Positions 53,996 through 64,000 of a stretch of DNA of 64,000 bases are shown here, in pieces. Made by a program: the position numbers and the translations under genes. Under the pieces are notes generated by a model. It was not told the DNA's origin. It made no database searches and saw only the letters and a list, made by a program, of their open reading frames with translations. Source of the stretch: Balanoglossus misakiensis (Eukaryota > Animalia > Hemichordata); NCBI GenBank assembly GCA_040954595.2, contig CM082593.2, positions 8,937,200 through 9,001,199 on the forward strand, in the 5' to 3' direction. The stretch's first letter is position 1. Each line of letters starts with the position of its first letter.

Positions 53996-55355
53996 AATAA
54001 TTGCGAAGGGCAGATAAATTTCATTGCCACCTGCCCCGATTTATGCCTACTTGATAAGGTAAACTTTGAATTACTTTGCACTATTTGATTTTGTTTAGAA
54101 TAGGGTGGGGTATGATTGCAAAAAAAATATTATCAAAGTAATTAATCTGATCCTGAATGTTGATCTCCCCCCCAAAAAAAAACAACAACAAAAAAACAAC
54201 ACAAAACAATGCACGATAACATGTCTTCGCCAATGGCAGTAAATCATAATTAACACAAAATCTGAGATGTCTTGTCTTAGGATATGTCCAATTTCTAAAA
54301 AAACAGATACATGTAGTAGGATGTAAAAGACAACAGGCACTGAAAACTTGTAAACTTGGCATGGGCAAGGCAGTGTTTCATCCAGGACACAGGTGAATTA
54401 GGCGTTCTGTTCGGGGAAACAAACAATCAAATAAATAAACAAACAAACAAACAAACAAAAAAGAAACAACAACCACCATCAGGATAAACAACGCAGTGTC
54501 TTGAATTGAACCACCCATTCGCGCGATCGAGCAGCTGACACAAGAAGTGGCTTGTGTCAAAGGTCCCGTCCGTATGCCAGTAAATTGTCATATAGTGGGA
54601 AGGTGTCCAACTCCCACTTGAAAACTGCTCGACACTGTTGAATATTTGCCATTTTTTAGCCTCTAAATGTCTGACATCTATAAAATTTCTACCCCATTTT
54701 AAAACATCAATAAACAGGCTATCATATCAGCATCCATTTATCAGTCTCTTTTACTACTGGTTGTTGCTAGCGCGTAAAAAATATGACAACATCACAGTTT
54801 TTGAGGGGCATAGCAAGTCGTGGGAACATCAGGGTGTTTTATTGGAGCGGACTTCGTAACCCCAGGTCAATTTCAAATACTTTCACTAGTAATAGTATTT
54901 CACTAGGCCTACTTTACACTGGATATAAAAACGACATTATATTATATCATGCTACCGTCCACAATTCTGATTGGACGAGAGCTCAATCCAGCGATGCTAA
55001 AATACTCAATAATGCACTGCTAGCAGTGCTAAAACAGGCCCCTGAACTAGCATACGGCAGCCAAAATGTGCGGTTAAACCACAGTCGCGCGTGTTTAAAC
55101 CAAATAAATAAAACAAAAATACTGTTGAATTAACGGACATTTTATTTTGGAACTGCTCTGTGGAAATATTTGTCACTTTGCCACGCGCGATGCCCATCTT
55201 GTCACTTTTTGTCGTCTGCTTCATGTTTAATGCTCAATCCCGGCCGCTCGTGTTTACATTCATCGTCGCCATGTTTCATGATCGTAATTTCTCTTTCTGA
55301 TGCCGTTTCGTTAAGAAAATGACACTGATATGCCACGAAAACAATTGTTAATATA

Positions 55356-55501
55356 ATAGCAATAACCCCCGCCTCAGTCGGGTATACACTCGATTTGGGT
55401 ACAATTCGCTCCATATAGCACTCGCCTGACAGCTCGTGCTATATGTCTCGAATTGTACCCAAATCTCGTGTATACCCGCCTGCGGCGGGGCTTATTGCTA
55501 A
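55356..55501. repeat. Palindromic hairpin element
   Basis: TAGCAATAA...GGGTATACAC...GTGTATACCC...TTATTGCTA. Confidence 0.8.
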
Positions 55502-57237
55502 AATATTCTTTCTTAGTAAGTACGATGTGCCAATGTCAGCATACTTGATAAGTAACAGCCGTGGTAAAATTTGTCCAAAAGAAGCTATGATTATGTAAAT
55601 TTTATGGGAATTAGCCCTGACTCTATGATTTTTCCCAGGGAGAACACTGTCCTGATATATTGTCCCCCGAAAATGTGATCTGTCCCCCTTTCTAACCTGC
55701 TGCGGGTCACAATGTTCCCATGCTTTCAAAAGCTGGCTGGACTTTGATGTGTCAAACTTCTTTCAACAAAAGGGAACATGTAGCCAGGTAAAAGACAGCA
55801 CATATTTTGTAAGAACCGTAGTATAGTTTTTATCAAAAATTTAATGCATTTCTGTTTCAAGGCTGAAGTAGTGCGGATTAATCCTTGTTCATAGGTTGTC
55901 ACACTCTTTAAGTACCACTATTTTCATATCCATAGAAAAAATTTCATAAAATGTATGATCTCCAACGATGAATCACAGGGAAATTTTTTACGACTTTTCT
56001 GCTAGTTTATTTTATGAGACCATTAAAAGGCTTCCTGTCATTATAGGGAATACTCTCATTTGCATGTTGCATATTTGCTGCATTTTTATCACCAAGCTTT
56101 TCAAATTCTTCTACGGATGCATTGATATCAGGGGACAACAGTGTTATTGTTGCAAATCCCATGGTTTAGACCCCCAAGGCACCGGCTATTCTTTGTTTTT
56201 GAATGAAGCTGGTTTTCCCTCTGGGCCCTCTAAGTCAGTTATGCATGTGCAATTCATTGTTAATAACATTGCCTCTGCTGGATTGACAGTTGCAGGGGTT
56301 AATCATAGCACCTCACAAATGACCCACAAGACTGACAAATTGGTTGAAGACCTGGAGAAATTCACGCAAAGTGAATACTGCTGGGAGCTACATTGAAACA
56401 CACTGTAGACAGACACATTTCACAATACCATCCAATATGCTATGGCATCAACATTCAATCAGTCACTGTTAAACATTCAGTCTGCATGACTTGTGTACTT
56501 TCCACCTTGTTGTAAGAGTTGCTCGATTTGCTTGACATCTCTTGCTTTGGCTGTATTTGCCTGAATGGCAAATCTGCAAATTGTTTGAAATCTTTTATTT
56601 TATCTTTGATTGTAATCATTTATCTTGTTTGAATACTTTTTTTTAGTTTTGATGCAATTTTTCTGACCTTTACTTAGTGTTTGTAGTTGTTTATTCCACA
56701 ACATTGTTTTTGTTTAAAACCCAAGTTGTGAGTTTTCTCAAGAAGATACGAGTGACAGTTTGAAAAGCGAAAAAAAAAATAAAAACAAAAAAACTGACTA
56801 GAATACTGGCGTAGCTTGTTCACTCGATTGCTGCAATACAATGTATGGATCGGAAATCAAGCAAGTTTTTCATGTAACTTTTGTTTCATAACCAAAAAAA
56901 AACAACTACATTATTTTTGTCTTTCAAGTGCAACCTCCAATGAAAAGTTACAATGAATCGGTAGCAGATCATGCAAATGCCTGTTGATCTCCGACCTATT
57001 TGAAACTCAAGTAAAATGTGTGGACACAAGATTTTGAAGTCCCTGATAAGAAATGTTTACCCACTTATGATAATAAAAAAAAAGGACCGCCCTAACCATG
57101 GCACATGAGAACACGTCTTAAAATTTTTCTCGGGGTGCCTCAAGTAAATTAGATTTTGAAATGTCCTCTGAAATGCCCCAACCAGTCTTGGCCCAAACTG
57201 CCCCCCCCCCTCCTCAGTAATACCCATTTTGATACAC

Positions 57238-57525
57238 CTGTCTGTCTGTCCGTCCGTCCATCCGTCCTTCCGTCCGTCCATCCGTCTGTCTGAGTGAGTG
57301 AGTGTACACATGTATTTGTCCAAACTTTTGAATAGTTTAGTTAGTTAGTTAGTTAGTATATAGTTAGTTAGTTAGTAAGTAAATTAGTTATTTAGTTAGT
57401 TAGTATAAGTTTAGTATTTAGTTAATTAGGTTTATTAGTTTAGGTAGCATAGGTTTAGTTAGCATACATTTATTTACTTAGTTTATTTACTCAGTGTATA
57501 TATTTATTTATTTTATTTATTTAGT
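57238..57525. repeat. Compound microsatellite (TCCG/TTAG/TTTA)
   Basis: Directly visible. Confidence 0.85.
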
Positions 57526-59074
57526 TCAATGCAGATGTGTACACTTATTATTAAAAAAAATATATATATATTTTAAATGTGTGGTCTTATATCTGCACTG
57601 ACTGGAGGGGTAATATGAATTCTGGCTGCCTTAAATAGGATTTCACTTTGTGCTAGGGGGGTCAAATCACATTGCATTCTGGGCAAAAAGTCGACAACCC
57701 ACTGTAGTAAGAGATAGAAGAAATGATATGTTTACTGTATTTCATGACTTCCTTTGGTCAAACATGTCCGTTTTTGTAGTTAGCAACTCATTTTAACTTT
57801 TTTCACATTTTGTTATTTTTTATGTTAAAAAGTTTCAGAATGACCCATCATCACTTGGGCTCATGAACTCCCATTTTTTAAACATGGCAAAATCGGCCAT
57901 CTTGAAATTGTGTTGACCATATGAGATTTTCATCACTCACTTAGGTAGCTTAAAACCTATTTAAGGTTGGGAGGATTGGTTGCTGTAACCGTGGAAGTAC
58001 TAGAGAGTACCTCCATGCTGTAACAAAGCTTTGATTTATTCTGAGGGGCGGAGGCACGAGAAATTGGGGTCAATCAGTCGTGTTAAATGCAGATCTCTCC
58101 CAGCAGCAGAAAATTTAATAAGTGTTACCCTCCCTCTATATTAGTCCAAATTTGTATAATGACGTAACCCTCGCATAAAGGGGTATGTTAAATTTAGATG
58201 CAAGTATGCCACCTCAGCTTGGTCATATCAAACTGTACCCACAGTGCTTCAATGTGACCCTCTCTCTAGTCCTCATTTGTATAATGTGCGTCTACCACAA
58301 AGGACCATGTTAAGTTTCCACCTTCTTGGTCCCATAAAATCTATCCAAATAAACAAGGTTGTTTATGGTTTTACCACCATCAAGAATCAGGAATACAGAG
58401 GTAATTGACCAAACAATACAATTCGGACTTAAATCATAATTGTATAATTATAAAATTCTGAGTTCTCACTAAGCAGGCGCTGGGCCATCAAGACATCTGG
58501 TCAGCTACTTTGCAGAACAGGTCACCTATTCTTTCTCTATCAACAGTACCAGAGAATAGCACCATGGCATTCTAAGTTTGTCAATCAACCAACCAAGTGA
58601 AAAACAAGATCCTAATTCAACCGTTGCCATTACAAATAAACTTCAACATTTGAAATCAATGTCAGAGCAATTAATGTTGTAAAGTTAAAGGTCTGATGAA
58701 CCATTATTGCCTTTGAACATCACCACATTATGACTCTGTGAGATGATCAATGAAGGACTGTGGCGGCTGGCAACTTAGTATAGGTTGCAAGATCAAAAAT
58801 GTTTAGTTCTACTTTTTCTAGTGTTTGTTAAATATACCATAATTTTCAGTGATACCCTTGAAAAAATAAGCTCAATGTCTCTTCTTTACATCTACATGAT
58901 TTGATGAGAATTGACTAATGTTTACAACAAAAACAACTGTTGTATTGTTTTGTACTAAAAAGAATAATCTTATTATGGCTCAATAGTAAATTTTAAAAAT
59001 AACAGTGTAAAACCAGGCAGAAACACAACAAAATCATGTCACCACAAAAAGGACAAAAATATTATACATATCAG

Positions 59075-60960
59075 GGATTAACTTTCCTGGTGGCCATTGG
59101 CACAAAGCTGTTGCTGAACCTCAGCTTAGATCACTTAAACCCCGGTGCGGAAAGTCCTGGGGTTCGGATTAACGTGTGTTTGTATAGTTGTTTATTTGGG
59201 AGTGGTCGTTGTGCATAATGACTGTGTAATTGCTCTCATGTACACAGAAAATAATTGAACACTTCACACTTCCACACGATTGACAACTGTTTGAATGGCG
59301 TGGTTATTGTTTCCCAGGGACTCTTCTGAAAAGCACTGAAACCAGATTTCTCCCAAAATCATCGTTGTTTCATAAGCTCGTGTACTTTTTCGTCGATAAC
59401 TTTATGTTGTGTGTGTTTATAAAGCCAACTACTGTCGTTGTGTGGTGTAATTCTTTATGCTTGGACCTGTTTGGGCCGATTTTCATAGAGCCAAGATCGT
59501 TGGTGTTGTCTGTTGTCAGTCAAACGTCATTAAGATTCGCCACTGATTTGGAGGGACTTTTATACCCCGCACCGGGGTTTAAGGCAACGACATCTATGAC
59601 TTGAGGGTAACATTTCAAAGGAGAAATACAATGGATGGTTTACATCAGCAGTGATTGCACAAGCTCTGAGAGAACCGGTGTGGGTCTCCCAAAAGATGCT
59701 TGTTGCTTTTAACAATGGAAAGCAATAACACACATTGCAGTAAGTCCAGAGTGGTTCAACAATACTCCAGTACAACAAAAGTAGCAGATGTGAATTAACA
59801 TGAAAGGAACACAACCTCTTGAGCATGTGCAATCTTTGCTGTCATTTCTTTTGAATAGCTGTTGTGTGCTGACTAAAGGAGAGTTAATTGTTAAGAATAT
59901 CACCAAGATACTTAAAAAAGACCACCTGTTCATTGGGTTCACCATCAATACAAATTGGGACATTTTGTCCTGATACCCGACGAAAGTTAACGTTAAGTTC
60001 TTTTGTCTTTGAAACATTAAGCTGTAGAAAATTTGAATTACAGCTATTAGAATAATACTTTGCCAAGTTTACATATTCCGTTTCCGAGTTTGTGTCATTT
60101 AAAAGAACAAGTACAGCTGCACTATCAGAGAATTGGAAAGAAATGAACTAGTTGAACAATTACTCTGGCAATCATTTGTATAGAAAATGAACGAAAATGG
60201 GCTAAGCCTGAAGACACAGCCTTGGGGGCACTGGTGTTGGTGAAGACCACAGTAGATAGGCCTCCCCTACTCTCACAATGTGGTCTGTCAGTTAGGAAGT
60301 TATAAACCCAATAAACTATTGCAGGTGCATGGTGCACCTACCTGCAATGATATGTCTATCATAATGTGACGCTAAGTGGTGTTGAAAGAAGAACTGAAGT
60401 CGATGAATATAATCCTGGCATAGTGCCCGGCTTTATCAAGGTGTTTTAACAATTTATGAAGGAGACAAGCAGCTGCATCATCCGTACCTTTAGGATCTAC
60501 TTTTGACTGAACATAGGGGAGAAGATGAGACAATATCAAACATTTCCTTCTGAAGGATGTTGCTTTAGCTCTGAAGAAAAAGTAATTTTAGGAACTGGGA
60601 AAATTTTTGAAGTCCTCCAAATTTTGGGTGTAGTGCCTGTATCAATAGAGCGCTGAAAGAAATTCTGAAACAAGGCCTCTAGTCCATCCACGCACGCCTT
60701 CAGCACACTGCCAGTTATACCATCTGGGCCAGGGGCTGTCCAAGGTTTCATATACGGTACTTGAATTGTCGCACTACATCACCCAGAGTGATGACTACAT
60801 CATTCTGGCATGGGGGTGGACAGGAGGACAGCCTCCTGTCACACTCCTCAGAGAAGTCTTGCTTGTCAAAACCTTGTATAAAATATGTTAATATCAGAAG
60901 CCAATGATTGTGAATCTGAAGGAGATAAAACTCGTTGTACACTGATTTGACCAGACATCT
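59075..60960 (-). mobile_element. Rex1/Babar-like LINE remnant (RT and 3' end)
   Basis: APGPDGI, WRTSKIFPVPK, GTDDA, ARIIFIDFSSSFNT, LQLNVSKTKEL, FKYLG, HPLYFSFEMLPS, RFSNSFVP. Confidence 0.85.
59139..59578. mobile_element. TTAA-TSD MITE inserted in the Rex1 3' end
   Basis: TTAA|ACCCCGGTGCGG...CCGCACCGGGGT|TTAA. Confidence 0.8.
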
Positions 60961-63900
60961 TTTTTCAAATTCTGAAAAGCTTTCCTCATTGGGCGCATGA
61001 TTTCATGACACAATAGACAATAAGGTACAGTTGTGTTTGTGGGTGCTCCATAAGGCATTCGTTTTGAGACTAAGTGATAGCTCTGATCCTGCCCACCCAG
61101 CACTCGTGTAAATCAAAACTTAAAGTGTTAAATTTTCCGCTCATGCAGTGATTGAAATGGCATGGCATTTGACCTTACCCCCTCCTGCTCCTCTCCATAG
61201 TTGTGTCTGGAGCCCTGATGGGGGATAGGTCTCATTTTATAGCACACAATAACCGGTAATGTTTTCGGTTGGGTTCACAGCAGAAGTACTGACACGGCCA
61301 TAATCAAAACTATTGTTTTCCCTTACTGTGTTTTCTTCCTTTGAAAATGATAATCATTGGATATGTAGAGACTGTTTATTTTCTTCTGTTTAAATCTGAG
61401 AAAGATGACTGTAAATTACCCCTTCCAACCTCATGCAGTTGTCTGTGGTATCTACATGTGTACCTGGTATCTCAAAGTTTTAACAGCTTCAAAACATTTA
61501 TGCCAACCAGACTGAAACTAATTTTACTTTCCGAACAATGTTTTTGTCACTGATTCTAATCTAATTACCAGATGGAATACTACACAAATGGGGAGGTCAC
61601 ATAAGAAATCAGATACTGTGCATCTAACTGCACAAATACCATTATCCCTGACCACAACTGGGTATCATTGGCAAACATAATCATTTACAAGTACGTACTA
61701 TGTAATGGAATACCAGCTGTATAATGGAACACTCAATCGACAAGAATATAGCTCTATGAAATGTGACCTTCACCTTCTATTATTTTGAAAAAATGCCCCC
61801 CCCCCCACAATTGCCCCCCCCCCCCATGCATTAGCTGAACACTCCCTTGGTTAGACATGGGTCTAGGTGCCAGTAGATTGCTGGATAAATTCAGAATGTG
61901 TGCAAAGAGACATGTACATCATCTGATCTGCTTGGCCTCTATATACTTGTATATGTTAACGTCCAAACAAACCGATCCTTGTAGCCCAATCAAAGCACAC
62001 CGTGGGGTTAGATTGTAAGCAGTCTAACTGCACAAATTCATTTTGCAAGCAAGCCTGTTTTAATTTATACCACATAACAAAATCCCTACCTTCAATAGTT
62101 TTAAGTGAGTGTATTCTGGTACAGTGCAGTGTTTCCTTGTAATGTTTCAAACCTGCGCACACATAAACAGTAGCTAAAAATAAACAGTATTCTGCTACAT
62201 GAAAGCTCATTCAGTGCAATGATGCCATTGCTCATCTGAGCTTCAGAAAACTTTGGGTACAACACTGTCCACTAGCAGTGTTATATCTGAAAATAGAAAG
62301 TCGGTTTGTATTTACAAGATTCAAAACGTACTCCACTACTCAACTCCTATAGTAAAAAAATTGGCACACAAGCCAATTTGAGAATCTCCAACACAATAAA
62401 TGGGACAGTAACAGGAGTTGCATGAAAGCTTGGCCACTCATAGAAAAATAACAGAACTTAATATCACATTAAGGCCCCATGAGCTGCAACTCAATAAAAA
62501 TTTGTCATGCTTTCAATCTCTCCAATAATCTTGGAAAGGCTTTTAATTCTGTCAGCTGGAAAGTAAATAAATATGAAGGTTTTTTTTGTGAGTGAATTTT
62601 GTTAAAAAACTTGGATGTCCAGAAACTGCCTCCAATGTGTGTTCGTTTTTTTACCTGGCAGTGTGTTAAAAATTCACACTATCCAGATTTTCTAAAATAC
62701 CACTGTTTGACTTTCTGGAGGTATTAATAGCAATATGCGCATACTACAGTAGTTATCTACTCTTGCAATAGACAGTTGAAGAAATGGGTGTGGCACCTTT
62801 TTATTCTTCATTGTACATACTGGTATTTACATAGCCACAATCGAGTTTACTGATTTGTTTGTGTACACCGACCAGTAAACTTTAACTTAATTGGACGATT
62901 CAAAAGTAAAATCATGAAAATATTTTTAAATTAATACCAGATTCACACAGGGCAAAATTCTCAGTGTTTGAGAGACATTACTTGCCTATGGTAAATACAG
63001 AGGATTAATCCTTTGATTCGCCTCTTGTCCACATACAACATTTATGTATAGGCACTATGACTTGGCCCCATAGACAATGGGTTGTTTAGAGGTATTAATC
63101 CTTACACCGGCGCAGGTCGTCAAAGCCGTCTCGAATCTGAGACGTTTCAGCACCACTTGAACTGATAACAAATAATTATTTATGCAAGTATTTGATCTGA
63201 GACATTTTAGAAACGTATTAATGGTCCCTGTGTAACCCCCATATAAAATTGTGCTTAATTAAATTGGCAGTTTAATCAGTAATGCCCTGACAGTGGATCT
63301 GACTATAGAGAAAATTTCCACGTATCATTGTCATGGATTTCTGGTGGAGTGACCATGAGATAGGCAATAGACCTGTTATGCATGAATGGATCACCAATTA
63401 TGTATGAGGTGCATGTATATTTGATTTCAAGAAAAGAGTTTAAATGAATTTTGGACATTCCATGCCATATCACACTGTTCACTGGCATGGACTAACAGAG
63501 TATGGGAGGGGGGGGGGACATTTCTTGAGCATAAATTGCACAATCTAAAGGAGAGAGGTGGGAAAAGATTCCTCCATACACCTGAAAAATTTTTAAAATT
63601 TAATTCTTTGCTTTGGCTAGATCATCAATGCATTGCATTTTGTTGCCATGCTATAGCAAGAACCTGGCAATGGAAAATCACATACAACCACCTGCCAAAT
63701 GCCAAATCCTTGAATTTTATAATCGTGAAAATAAATTTCATCAACCATTAGGCCAAACTGCACTAATACCGTGTACAAAATACATGAAAATGTTGACGTT
63801 GGATCCAACTTGTGTGAGTTTCAGTGCTCATTCATAGTTCACTGTTGAGGTACCCGATCATTGTAACAATGTCAGGAGATGCAGCATGAAAGAGGACGTC

Positions 63901-64000
63901 AACAAAATGAATATAACTATGAGTAGAAAGGATGCCAACCCCCCCCCCCCCCACTTCAGTGTTTATATGAATCCTTCCATATTCATGACACAACCATTCT

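Larger units (their letters stand above)
51090..55722. mobile_element. Non-autonomous element with ~150-bp TIRs (superfamily uncertain)
   Basis: 51090-51240 is the inverse of 55572-55722; flanks CTGTGAAG and CTTTCAAA match at only 5 of 8 positions. Confidence 0.7.

Noticed and set aside
61000-64000. Protein-coding genes
   Set aside because: Short ORFs with no motifs or consistent splice pattern; only repeat fragments, e.g. a TTAA-Kolobok-like end at ~62470.

Overview
Eukaryotic, AT-rich, intron-containing and transposon-dense DNA; a marine invertebrate is my inference from the TE repertoire, not proven. Most entries in the ORF track are spurious. About 1.3-24.8 kb is one long, disrupted, + strand gene of a Mutator/Foldback (NOF-like) DNA transposon. 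It runs: a ~5.9-kb coding minisatellite (99-bp/33-aa acidic unit), a NOF-like N-terminal domain, a DDE core with CxxH, and a C-terminal USP-like (peptidase C19 fold) cysteine protease that only appears after splicing four exons. Nested in it are a deleted Academ element (long TIRs, 3-bp TSD), GGTCA-rich satellites, a TA-TSD MITE, and a full-length LINE (12-bp TSD, 2A-like motif) that carries its own MITE. Downstream are a rearranged ISL2EU-like element (THAP plus SWIM/YqaJ), a multi-exon orphan helical gene (~32-43 kb), Tc1, RTE and Rex1 remnants, hairpin elements, nested foldback repeats and microsatellites. Family calls come from motif recall only; no searches were run.
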